From an uncultured Nitrososphaerota archaeon (GTDB taxonomy: Archaea; Thermoproteota; EX4484-205; JAAOZP01): a DNA stretch of 46,159 nucleotides. The stretch spans positions 1 through 46,159 of the forward strand of contig CAYQCW010000013.1 of the NCBI GenBank assembly GCA_964416155.1. The letters run 5' to 3'. Made by a program: the position numbers and the translations under genes. The notes beneath the pieces are model-generated. The model searched no databases, was not told where the DNA came from, and saw only the letters and a list, made by a program, of their open reading frames with translations. Shown one piece after another: positions 29,788 through 38,409 of the stretch. Numbering within the stretch: position 1 is the first letter of the stretch; each line of letters begins with the position of its first letter.

Positions 29788-31638
29788 ATGAAGGGCTACG
29801 CTGGGAAATACTTGATTGTCGACCTGACTAGAGGCAAGACCTCCGTAGGCAGGTTTGACGAGTCTTTCGCCCTAAACTACATAGGCGGCTACGGGTTTGG
29901 AGCGAGGATGCTTTACGACATGATGCCTAAGCCAGCGGAGGTAGACCCGTTTTCACCCGAGAACGTTTTAATCTGGTGGACCGGCCCATTAGCAGGGACG
30001 ATCTCGACAGCCGGTAACAAGTATGCTGTTTTCGCAAAATCCCCGTTAACGGATATTTTCGGATTCGGAATCTCCACAGGACTATTCGCGTCAGAGTTTA
30101 AGAGCGCAGGCTGGGATGGTGTTGTTTTCACAGGCAGGTCTGAGAAACCCGTCTACCTTACTATTGACGATGAAAATATTGAGCTTAGAAGCGCTTCAAA
30201 CATCTGGGGCAGGACTACCTGGGAGACTGAGGAGATGGTTAAAGAGGAGCTTGGAGACGAGTCTTTCACGGTAGCCTCAATAGGCCCGGCTGGCGAAAGG
30301 ATGGTTAGGCTGGCGAACATCACGAATGAGAGGAACAGGCAGGTCGGCAGGTGCGGCCTCGGCGCGGTAATGGGCTCTAAAAACCTTAAAGCTGTTGCAG
30401 CCCGTGGGACCAAGGATGTTGAAGTATTCGACGTAGAGGGCCTCGTAAGACTCATAGCCGAGTTGAACGAGCGCTGCCAGGGGCCTGCGACCGAGAAGTA
30501 CAGGGTCTACGGGACGCCTGCGAATATTCTCGTGCACAACAAGCTGGGATGCTTACCATCATACAATTTTCAAAGGGGCACGTTCGAGTACGCTGAGGAG
30601 GTGTCCGGGGAGATGATGCTTAAAACACACGTTAAGAAGATAGTTGCGTGCGCAGGATGCCCCATAGCTTGCGACCATGTTAATCAGGCCAGGGAGGATT
30701 ATGCTGGCACGGTTTCAAGCGTCGACTACGAGAGCCTAGAGCTGCTTGGCCCCAACTGCGGCATCTTTAACCTAGACACTATAACAAAGGCTGTTGAGAT
30801 TTGCGACACGCTCGGAGTCGACACGATTTCCGCGGGCAACGTGGTGGGATGGGCCATGGAGTGTTTCGAAAAGGGCATCCTGACGAAGGAGGATACTGAC
30901 GGTGTTGAACTCAGGTTTGGCAGCAACAAGATCCTTCTCGAGGCCCTTAGGAGAATGTGTCTTAAAGAGGGGAGGCTTGGAATGCTGCTCAGCGAGGGAG
31001 TCAGGAGGGCTTCTCAAATAGTCGGGAAGGGCTCTGAAAGATTCGCTATGCATTGTAAAGGGCTTGAATGGGCTGCATACGAGTTGAGATCGCTCCAAAC
31101 CTCAACCCTGGGATTCGCCGTTTCAAACAGGGGTGCGGACTACCTTAGGTCAGGCTCATACCAAGTTGACGTTAAAGGCCAGGTTGACAGGCTTAGGCTA
31201 GATAAGAGTAGGGGTAAGATTGTTTACGACGGTGAAAACCAGTATGCGGTGATAGACTCCCTGATAATATGCAAGTTCACCAGAGGGATATTCAAATCCA
31301 TGGATGAGCTTGCAAAGCTCTACACGCTTGTAACAGGCTTAAGCATGACTGGCGAGCAGATCCTGAAGGCGGGAGAGAGAACCCATAATGTTGCGAGATG
31401 CTTCAACGTTAAGTGCGGCGTAACAAGGAAGGACGACTACCCGCCTCCAAGGGCTTTCGAAGACCCGTTGCCCGACGACATTGTTAAGGGGGCGGTTATA
31501 AGGAGGGAGGAGTACGAGGAGGCTTTAGACGGCTACTACGAGTGCAGAGGCTGGAGTAGGGATGGAATACCTTTGAAACGCAAGCTTTTAGAGCTTGGCT
31601 TATCCAAGGAGGCGGAGGAGGTTGGAGTCGAGGCTTAG
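29788..31638 (+). CDS. aor: Aldehyde:ferredoxin oxidoreductase family tungstoenzyme
   Basis: KSPLT, IGPAGE, GLGAVMGSKNLKA, CAGCPIAC, DYES, DTISAG, LIICKF, YYECRGW. Confidence 0.93.
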   Translation: MKGYAGKYLIVDLTRGKTSVGRFDESFALNYIGGYGFGARMLYDMMPKPAEVDPFSPENVLIWWTGPLAGTISTAGNKYAVFAKSPLTDIFGFGISTGLFASEFKSAGWDGVVFTGRSEKPVYLTIDDENIELRSASNIWGRTTWETEEMVKEELGDESFTVASIGPAGERMVRLANITNERNRQVGRCGLGAVMGSKNLKAVAARGTKDVEVFDVEGLVRLIAELNERCQGPATEKYRVYGTPANILVHNKLGCLPSYNFQRGTFEYAEEVSGEMMLKTHVKKIVACAGCPIACDHVNQAREDYAGTVSSVDYESLELLGPNCGIFNLDTITKAVEICDTLGVDTISAGNVVGWAMECFEKGILTKEDTDGVELRFGSNKILLEALRRMCLKEGRLGMLLSEGVRRASQIVGKGSERFAMHCKGLEWAAYELRSLQTSTLGFAVSNRGADYLRSGSYQVDVKGQVDRLRLDKSRGKIVYDGENQYAVIDSLIICKFTRGIFKSMDELAKLYTLVTGLSMTGEQILKAGERTHNVARCFNVKCGVTRKDDYPPPRAFEDPLPDDIVKGAVIRREEYEEALDGYYECRGWSRDGIPLKRKLLELGLSKEAEEVGVEA

Positions 31639-32110
31639 GAAGATAATTGTCTGCGACCCTGACAAGTGCAACGGGTGCAGGATATGCGAATACGTATGCT
31701 CTTTCGCAAGCGAGGGCGTTCTCAACATTAAGAAGTCCAGGATAAGAGTTGTAAGGATAGAGCCCTTCCTAAACCTGGCTGTAGTATGCAGGAAGTGTGA
31801 GGACCCTCCCTGCGTCAAAGCATGTCCAAGGGACGCTTTAAAACAGAAGCCCAGTGGAATCATAGTTGTAGACGAGAATAAGTGCAACGGGTGCGGCTGG
31901 TGTGTTGAAACATGCCCCTTCGGAGTCATAAGGCTGCATCTCGACAAGAGGAAGATCATTATCTGCGACTACTGCGAGAAACACGGCTACCCGAGGTGCG
32001 TCGAATACTGTCCGAAGGAGGCTTTGAAACACGTTACTCTCGACCAGGCCGCCAGGGAGCTAAGCAAGAAGGCTGTTAAGACTCTTCTGCAGGAGCTCGT
32101 CTTCAAGTAG
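31595..32110 (+). CDS. 4Fe-4S dicluster protein (AOR small subunit type); true start may be slightly downstream
   Basis: CNGCRICEYVC, CRKCEDPPCVKACP, CNGCGWCVETCP, CDYC...CVEYCP. Confidence 0.9.
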   Translation: MAYPRRRRRLESRLRKIIVCDPDKCNGCRICEYVCSFASEGVLNIKKSRIRVVRIEPFLNLAVVCRKCEDPPCVKACPRDALKQKPSGIIVVDENKCNGCGWCVETCPFGVIRLHLDKRKIIICDYCEKHGYPRCVEYCPKEALKHVTLDQAARELSKKAVKTLLQELVFK

Positions 32111-32129
32111 AGTCACTCTGGGAAGAGGC

Positions 32130-33071
32130 TTAGCCAAGAGTTTGAAACCTGGCTTCCTCGAGAACCGGTAAAGCAACATACCTGCTGTAACCCCTATATA
32201 TCAGGAGCTCTATCCTCTGGCCCACGGATTTCCTTCTAAGCTCCCTCACCAGGGAGGCTGAGCTTTTAACAGGCTTACCGTCTATCATGGTGACAACGTC
32301 CCCAGGCCTCAGGCCTGTTCTCTCAGCAGGACTCCGCGGAGAAACCTCAACGACGAGCGCCCCGTAGTCAACGCTAAGCGAGTAATAGTTTGCGATCTGC
32401 CTGTTAACGTCGATACTCTTGACCCCGAGCCAAGGCTTAACCATCCTGCCGTACTTCTTGAAAGACTCCACAAGGGGCTTGATGGAGCTTATCGGTATTG
32501 CGAAGCTTATACCCTGCGCGAAAGGTATTACTGCAGTGTTGACCGCCACAACCTCGCCCTTAAGGTTGACCAGGGGGCCGCCGCTGTTCCCAGGGTTTAT
32601 CGCAGCATCCGTCTGAATAAGCTCTGGGAAGAAAAGATCCCTTGAAACTATCTGTCTGTCTAAAGCGCTTACAACACCCATGGTTACAGTCGGCTCCCCA
32701 GCGAGGCCGAGCGGGTTCCCCACCGCGATAACTATCTCGCCAACCCTAAGCGTGTCCGAGTCGCCCAGCTCAGCGGGCTTAAGGCTCACACCGTCAACCT
32801 TGACGAGGGCTATGTCCAGGCTCGGGTCGGCTCCCACAACCCGGCCCTCCGTCATAAGCCCGTCGTAGAAGGATGCTTGAATACGGTCTGAACCCTTTAT
32901 AACATGATGGTTCGTCAGGAAAAGACCATCCTCGTCGACAACTATGCCTGAGCCCACGCCGTGAACAGGAAAAGCGTAGAAGAAAAACTCGTAAACCATT
33001 TTAACAGTGCTCACGTTAACAATGCTGGGCTTAACCTTTTCAACAGCCTTAACGATCTCCTCGCTCAGCAA
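32130..33071 (-). CDS. HtrA/DegP-like trypsin serine protease with one PDZ domain, no signal or TM anchor
   Basis: TNHHV, DIAL, GNSGGPL, PWLGV PDZ. Confidence 0.93.
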   Translation of the reverse strand: MLSEEIVKAVEKVKPSIVNVSTVKMVYEFFFYAFPVHGVGSGIVVDEDGLFLTNHHVIKGSDRIQASFYDGLMTEGRVVGADPSLDIALVKVDGVSLKPAELGDSDTLRVGEIVIAVGNPLGLAGEPTVTMGVVSALDRQIVSRDLFFPELIQTDAAINPGNSGGPLVNLKGEVVAVNTAVIPFAQGISFAIPISSIKPLVESFKKYGRMVKPWLGVKSIDVNRQIANYYSLSVDYGALVVEVSPRSPAERTGLRPGDVVTMIDGKPVKSSASLVRELRRKSVGQRIELLIYRGYSRYVALPVLEEARFQTLG

Positions 33072-33163
33072 GAATCCTCGTTAACAGTGCTACGCGTATG
33101 CTTATATCCGTTTCGCGCTTTTCCTAACGTTTATTTCCCCCTGCTGTTTTTCAATGAGCAGGC

Positions 33164-34330
33164 TTGGAACAGTTTGAAGCAAGCCTTGCGAAGGCTGTGG
33201 AGGAGCTTAGGCGCAGGGTGGGCGAGGCTGTTCTAATCCATCACGACGAGGCTGACGGGGTTTGTTCAGCGGCGATAGTTGAAACAGCGCTTGAAAAAAT
33301 AGGTTTCAACGTTAAAACCCTCTGCCTAGACAAGCTTTTCCCAGAGGTTCTCGTGAAAACCCTCTCCGAGCATCCTGTGACAGTGTTCAGTGACATTGGC
33401 TCAGCGCATATCAGGAGAATAGAGGCGAACATTGGGAAGAATTGCCTAGCGGTCATTCTTGACCACCATGATACTCAGCCTTCGCGGAGAAGCAATGTTC
33501 TAAACCTGAACCCTGAGCTCTACGGCTACCGGGGTGAGAGAGATGCTTCAGCCTCGACAGTCGCCTATCTTTTCGCCAGAAAGGTTGACAGGGGTTTAAG
33601 CAGGCTTTCCCACCTGGCGGTGATAGGCTCAGTTGAAACACCTGGTGAACCAGCAGGCTTCAACAGGATCGCCTTGGAAGATTCTTTGAAAGAGGGGGTT
33701 GTGAAACAGTCGAGGAAAGACTTCAAGATTGTTGCAGAGGGCTTCGGCCTCTCAAGGGTTAATGCCTCCCAGATCCTCACGATACTCGCCTCAGCAGGAT
33801 ACTACAGGGGAGGCGTGGAGAAGGCTCTTGAAGCCTGTTTAAAAGGCTTCACCCCGGAGGCCCTGAGCCTTTCAGAAAAACTCGAGGAGGAGAGGAGGAG
33901 GGCTAATAAGGCTCTTCTAGCCACGATAATTAGAAAGGGGCTGGGTGGGGGGAGGAACCTGCAATGGTTCGACTCCGGCGGCTTTTTCAAAGAAATGGGC
34001 AGCAAGGTTCTCGGAAGCTTCACATCCTTCTTAAGCTATCAAAGGATTGTTGACGACAGTAAATACTTGATCGGGTTCATGAGTATCCCGAGGGAGATAC
34101 CTGGCTACGGCCTGCTGGGGAGGGACTACGTGAAAGTGTCGGCGAGAGCGCCTTCAAGACTTAGAAGTATGATAGAGGAGGGGGTTAAACCACCATTGTC
34201 GAAAATCCTTCCGGAAGCCTGTGCTGAGCACGGGGGGTTTGGAGACGGACACAGTGTCGCAGCCTCAGGAGTGTTGCCTGTCGGGGTGGAGGAGAAGTTT
34301 CTGGAAACCCTTGACGGCTTAGCCGGCTGA
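33164..34330 (+). CDS. DHH family phosphoesterase (archaeal RecJ/GAN-like)
   Basis: HHDEADG, DIGS, LDHH, KVSAR, GDGHSVAASG. Confidence 0.85.
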   Translation: MEQFEASLAKAVEELRRRVGEAVLIHHDEADGVCSAAIVETALEKIGFNVKTLCLDKLFPEVLVKTLSEHPVTVFSDIGSAHIRRIEANIGKNCLAVILDHHDTQPSRRSNVLNLNPELYGYRGERDASASTVAYLFARKVDRGLSRLSHLAVIGSVETPGEPAGFNRIALEDSLKEGVVKQSRKDFKIVAEGFGLSRVNASQILTILASAGYYRGGVEKALEACLKGFTPEALSLSEKLEEERRRANKALLATIIRKGLGGGRNLQWFDSGGFFKEMGSKVLGSFTSFLSYQRIVDDSKYLIGFMSIPREIPGYGLLGRDYVKVSARAPSRLRSMIEEGVKPPLSKILPEACAEHGGFGDGHSVAASGVLPVGVEEKFLETLDGLAG

Positions 34331-34355
34331 GCTAGCGCCGGTAAAAAAGTTAAAA

Positions 34356-34371
34356 AACAAAAAGTTTAAGT
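34356..34371 (+). promoter_or_regulatory. Putative BRE/TATA promoter of the Lys-rich micro-ORF
   Basis: A-rich run then TTTAAG (34365-34370), about 30 nt upstream of ATG 34399. Confidence 0.55.
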
Positions 34372-34398
34372 GTATGCTTGCATAATGTTTTACTGAAG

Positions 34399-34455
34399 AT
34401 GGCCGCTAAGAAAAAGGCTAAGAAGAAGACTAAGAAGACAACTAAGAAGTGTTGA
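34399..34455 (+). CDS. 18-aa Lys-rich micropeptide MAAKKKAKKKTKKTTKKC
   Basis: ATG...TGA; codon-periodic AAG repeats; upstream TATA and downstream T-tract; sits alone in an intergenic gap. Confidence 0.6.
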   Translation: MAAKKKAKKKTKKTTKKC

Positions 34456-34480
34456 CGGAACTTTTAGCATCCCTTTCTCC

Positions 34481-34494
34481 TTTTTTATTTTTTT
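34481..34494 (+). terminator. Oligo-T archaeal terminator
   Basis: TTTTTTATTTTTTT about 25 nt after the micro-ORF stop. Confidence 0.6.
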
Positions 34495-34570
34495 CAAGTA
34501 ATGATGGAAAAGCCTTGAAAGCTTCGCCTCTAGACCTGGCGAGCATAGTTAGGAACAAACGCTTAGAAAA

Positions 34571-35269
34571 CTAAGGGTGGCGGGCTAGCTTGCGAACAAT
34601 GCTCGCTGAAAAGCTTGCCAAGTGTACAAGGGGGCTGCTCAAGCCTCCTGCACCCCTAGTCATCCTGCTTCTGATCGCTGCACGTAACTCGTCGAGGCTG
34701 GAGGCGGCTGCAAGAGTATAGGCTTTACCGACCTCGTGCAAAGTATGGGCGTCACTCCCCCCTGTCTCAGCCTTCCCAAGCCTCCTAGCGAGCTTAAGCG
34801 CCTCCTCATTCTGCCCCCTGAAAATGTTCCTAGAGTTAACCACTTCAACACCGTCTAGAAGCCGCGTAACCTCCTCGCCCATGCTGCCGCCAAGCCTCGG
34901 GAAGCCGAAAGGGTGTGCCGCTATCAGTACGCCGTCCTGCTCCCTAACCAGGTCATAAACCTCGAAAGGGTCTCTAGACAGGATGGGCTCCTGTATGAAA
35001 AGAACAATCATGTCCCCAGCCGAAGTCCTTATCTCCATTCCGGGCACGACTATGAGGCTGCTTGACTCCAGCATCCTGTGGGCTCCGAAAAAATCATGGT
35101 CGGTCACAGCCAGGCCGGCGAGCCCCCTTGAAGCAGCCGCCTTGGGCAGCAGCCTCGGGTCTAGGAGCGAATCCCTAGAGAAGAAAGTATGAATGTGGAG
35201 ATCGAACCTCCCCATTTCCATCCTACCGCCAGCCATTTTAAGCAACACTTCCAACAGCCCGCTGCCCAA
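34571..35269 (-). CDS. PHP domain metal-dependent phosphoesterase; real start probably one of the ATGs at 35215-35236
   Basis: DLHIHT, AVTDH, GMEI, AAHPF, GGSDAH. Confidence 0.9.
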   Translation of the reverse strand: MGSGLLEVLLKMAGGRMEMGRFDLHIHTFFSRDSLLDPRLLPKAAASRGLAGLAVTDHDFFGAHRMLESSSLIVVPGMEIRTSAGDMIVLFIQEPILSRDPFEVYDLVREQDGVLIAAHPFGFPRLGGSMGEEVTRLLDGVEVVNSRNIFRGQNEEALKLARRLGKAETGGSDAHTLHEVGKAYTLAAASSLDELRAAIRSRMTRGAGGLSSPLVHLASFSASIVRKLARHP

Positions 35270-35283
35270 CGTATTCAGCAGTC

Positions 35284-35374
35284 AACCCGTAGGCTCACCA
35301 GCCCTGTCTTCACAGAGCCCGCCTCGCCCTGCAGCCTTTCGTCAACATTCCGAGCCGGCGAGACTCTACGGGTT
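35284..35374 (-). ncRNA. Candidate structured RNA or structured 5' leader (three-helix junction), family unknown
   Basis: Minus strand: P1 AACCCGUAG/CUACGGGUU, P2 GUCUCGCC/GGCGAGGC, P3 GGCUCUGU-GAAG-ACAGGGCU; begins about 22 nt downstream of a TATA-like TTTAAG (35401-35396). Confidence 0.55.
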
Positions 35375-35435
35375 ACACACGGAGGAAAACTTTATCTTAA
35401 ACCTTTCTAACGATTTCTCTTTCAACAGTTAAAGG

Positions 35436-35993
35436 ATGGAAGGATACAGTTTCGTGCCGAGGGAAGTATTCTTCACTAAAGGAGTGGGCGTACACAGGGA
35501 GAGGCTCGCATCCTTCGAAATAGCCCTCAGGGACGCTGGCATAGCTCAGTTCAACCTTGTCCCGATCTCAAGCATCATACCGCCGGGATGCGGGGTTATA
35601 AGCAGGGAGGAGGGTTTAAGCAAGCTTAAGCCGGGGCAGATAATCTTCGTAGTCCTAGCTAAGAACGAGACTAACGAGCCTAACAGGCTCATAGCGGCGT
35701 CAATAGGCATGGCTAAGCCTCTTGACGACGAGAGCTACGGCTATTTGAGCGAGCATCATTCTTTCGGCCAGACTGAGAAGAAGGCTGGAGACTACGCTGA
35801 GGACCTTGCAGCATTCATGCTGGCCTCCACGCTCGGGGTTCCGTTCGACATAGATAAGAGCTGGGATGAGCAGAAGGAGATATGGAAGATAAGCGGCCGC
35901 AGGGTTAAAACGATGAGCATAACCCAGTCCGCAGTGGGCAATAAGGACGGCATGTGGACAACCGTCGTGGCGGCAGCAGTATTCATACCTTAG
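35436..35993 (+). CDS. pdaD: Pyruvoyl-dependent arginine decarboxylase
   Basis: [25 protein letters not shown] with the Ser-Ser cleavage site, [16 protein letters not shown]. Confidence 0.93.
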   Translation: MEGYSFVPREVFFTKGVGVHRERLASFEIALRDAGIAQFNLVPISSIIPPGCGVISREEGLSKLKPGQIIFVVLAKNETNEPNRLIAASIGMAKPLDDESYGYLSEHHSFGQTEKKAGDYAEDLAAFMLASTLGVPFDIDKSWDEQKEIWKISGRRVKTMSITQSAVGNKDGMWTTVVAAAVFIP

Positions 35994-36033
35994 GTTTGCA
36001 GGTTTTTTAATCCCCGGCTTGAAAACCGTCTGC

Positions 36034-36690
36034 CTAAGCCGGTAGGGGGAGGAGGCTTCCGAAGAGAAGCGTCACCACATAGCCTGGAAGAATGAAGAAT
36101 GCGAGTGGAACAGTCTTTTTAACAAACACTATTCCGCCCTCAGCGCTGCCGGCGTCAAGCCCCCTTGGAAAGGATTCACCCCCATTCCTCACAGCCCTGA
36201 GCAGCAGCATGCGGACAATCCTCTTTTTAAAAGGCTCGCCCGGGTAAGGGCCCCAGGCTCCTGAGCGAAGGTTGTGAAAAAGGTTTGAAGCAACGGTTGC
36301 TGAAGACAGGATTTCCGCGTTCAAAAGAACCGTCAGGCTGAAATCCGGGTGGAAAACCCTCAAGAGGCCGCCTTGCAGCAGGGGCCTGGTGGTTGAAACA
36401 TTGGTCAAGCATACGCCTGCAAGTATCAAGGCATCCCCCGGCCCGTAGAGGCCTAGGAGGAGTAGCAATCCTAGGAGGCTCATGGTTTGAACAAGCTTGA
36501 AAAAGGTTTCGAAAAGCATGTTTGAAGCCAGCTGAAGGATGAAAGCCGAGAGCCCGAGCAGGAGAATCGGTAGCCACGCGGAGGCGTCAAGCTCCCTTTT
36601 CTCCAAGTCTTGGAAAGCAGCGTGGCAGAGCATGATTATTTCGAAAACCGTTAAGCATGAGAACGCTTGCGGACACTGGTTTAAATCCAT
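36034..36690 (-). CDS. A24 prepilin peptidase-like membrane protein (divergent paralog)
   Basis: QDLEKRE and GPGDA (two catalytic Asp motifs); C-terminal TVPLAFFILPGY. Confidence 0.72.
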   Translation of the reverse strand: MDLNQCPQAFSCLTVFEIIMLCHAAFQDLEKRELDASAWLPILLLGLSAFILQLASNMLFETFFKLVQTMSLLGLLLLLGLYGPGDALILAGVCLTNVSTTRPLLQGGLLRVFHPDFSLTVLLNAEILSSATVASNLFHNLRSGAWGPYPGEPFKKRIVRMLLLRAVRNGGESFPRGLDAGSAEGGIVFVKKTVPLAFFILPGYVVTLLFGSLLPLPA

Positions 36691-36781
36691 GTTTCACCCG
36701 TTTAAACAGTGTTGAGAATGGTTTTTAAACGGCTACGGTCGGGGGAATCTTTATCTATTTCAAGGGCTTCTGCAAGCAGGC

Positions 36782-37666
36782 TTGGATGAGGCTAGGCTAT
36801 ACCTGGTTGAAAACCCTTACTTCTTCTCAGGGATAAGGCGCAGCTATGAGGAATCATGGTTCGCAGTCGTGGGAGTGCCTTTCGACGGGACGACGGGCTT
36901 CAGACCGGGTTCAAGATTCGGGCCTGCCAGCATAAGGCTTTTCTCAGCTGAGGCTGAGACCATCAGCCTAGGCGGTGGAGTCGACTTTCAAGACGTTAGG
37001 GTTTCAGACCTGGGAGATGTTTCTGTGACTTTCAACGTTGACGAGGTTTTGAAAAGGGTTGAGAAAGTATGTGGGGAGATCCATGCGGATTCTAAGACAC
37101 CGGTTCTACTCGGAGGGGAGCACACGATAACCCTTGGGGCTGCGAGAAGCCTTGGGCCGGAGACGATAGTCTCTTTCGACGCTCACTTCGACTACAGGGA
37201 CGAGTATCCCGAGGGCGTCAGGGTTAGCCATGCGACAGTAATGAGGAGGATAAGGGAGGAGGCTTGCAGGGTTGTGCACGTGGGAGTCAGGGCGGCGTGC
37301 AGGGAGGAGGTTGAGTACGCGAGCCGCGAAACCTTCATTTCATCTAGACAGGTTCTCGTAAACCCTGAGGAGGCATGCATGAGGCTGAGGAGCATTGTTG
37401 AGAACGCTGGAAGCATCTATGTCAGCATAGACCTTGACGTTCTAGACCCCGCCTACGCGCCGGGGGTTGCTAACCCTGAGGCCTGCGGAATATCGACGAG
37501 CATCCTGCTCGACCTTCTGGAGAACACTTTATGCGAAAAGCTTGTTGGGCTTGACCTTGTTGAGCTCAACCCGTTGCTCGACCCCGGGAGCGCCTCAGCG
37601 GCGGCAGCAGTAAGAATATTGTTCGAAGCGCTTTCGCACACGGCTAGAAGGAAAAGGCTCGTCTAA
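36782..37666 (+). CDS. speB: Agmatinase
   Basis: GVPFDGT, RPGSRFGP, GGEHTIT, DAHFD, SHAT, DLDVLDP. Confidence 0.93.
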   Translation: MDEARLYLVENPYFFSGIRRSYEESWFAVVGVPFDGTTGFRPGSRFGPASIRLFSAEAETISLGGGVDFQDVRVSDLGDVSVTFNVDEVLKRVEKVCGEIHADSKTPVLLGGEHTITLGAARSLGPETIVSFDAHFDYRDEYPEGVRVSHATVMRRIREEACRVVHVGVRAACREEVEYASRETFISSRQVLVNPEEACMRLRSIVENAGSIYVSIDLDVLDPAYAPGVANPEACGISTSILLDLLENTLCEKLVGLDLVELNPLLDPGSASAAAAVRILFEALSHTARRKRLV

Positions 37667-38268
37667 ACCTGTTTCCTCTGAATATACCAGCGTTCAGCCC
37701 CGCTCTTAACCCTCTTGTCAGCCTCCTCAACTGTTGAGGGTGGAGAAATAATCATCGGCTCACCCGGCTCCCAGTTTGCTGGAGCCAGGAGGCCCGATTT
37801 AACAGAGGTTTGAACAGCCTGAGTAACCCTGGCGAGCTCCTTCACGTTCCTCCCGATTTCAACAGGGTACTGGGCTGTGAACCTTACAACCCCTTCGGGG
37901 TCTATGAGGAAAACCCCTCTGGCGACGCTCCCCTTAGCATCCGTAGCCCCGTAGACGACGATGGTTTTCCTATCGGGATCGGCTGCAACAGGAAGCATTA
38001 TCTTCAACCCGTATTTCTCCTCAACATCCCTAACCCAGGATATCACGCTCATAAGGCTCTCCGGGCATATTGAGAAAACCTCTACCCCGCTCTTCCTGAA
38101 GTCGTCAATCCTCTGGGAAAGAGCGATCATCTCAGTCGTGCAGACAGGGTTGAAGCTTGAAGGATGAGTCAGGAGAAGAACCCATCTCCCCCTGAGCTCT
38201 GAAAGCCTAATCCTGCCCCTTGTGGTTTGAGCCTCGAAATCAGGAGCCGGCTCACCGACCAGAACCAT
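37663..38268 (-). CDS. Peroxiredoxin (Prx6/1-Cys-like)
   Basis: PVCTTE, RGVFLIDP, GRN, PANWEPG. Confidence 0.88.
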   Translation of the reverse strand: MVLVGEPAPDFEAQTTRGRIRLSELRGRWVLLLTHPSSFNPVCTTEMIALSQRIDDFRKSGVEVFSICPESLMSVISWVRDVEEKYGLKIMLPVAADPDRKTIVVYGATDAKGSVARGVFLIDPEGVVRFTAQYPVEIGRNVKELARVTQAVQTSVKSGLLAPANWEPGEPMIISPPSTVEEADKRVKSGAERWYIQRKQV

Positions 38269-38409
38269 TCTTGAAGACTCTACCGGCTAACGGTTTTAAA
38301 CTTTTATGTTTAGAACAGTTAAAGAAAACCCTCGTAAGCCTTCCCATAGGCTTCTCCTAACGGTTCAGCATATCGGAGCCTGTATGCTTTAATAGCCGTG
38401 TCATATCCG

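Noticed and set aside
34450-34467. TGT-TGA at the micro-ORF end read as Cys-Sec
   Set aside because: No SECIS-like hairpin is seen nearby, and HdrA/MvhD in this window use Cys at all positions
35284-35377. Plus-strand resemblance of the structured element to yybP-ykoY (CGTCAACA, GGCGAGAC), HDV-like ribozyme (CAACATTCCGAG, CCTCGC) or H/ACA RNA (ACA right after the stem)
   Set aside because: It lacks the yybP 5' GGGGAGUA, the HDV P1.1 GG and a proper P3, and any K-turn. The plus strand also turns G-U pairs into A-C mismatches
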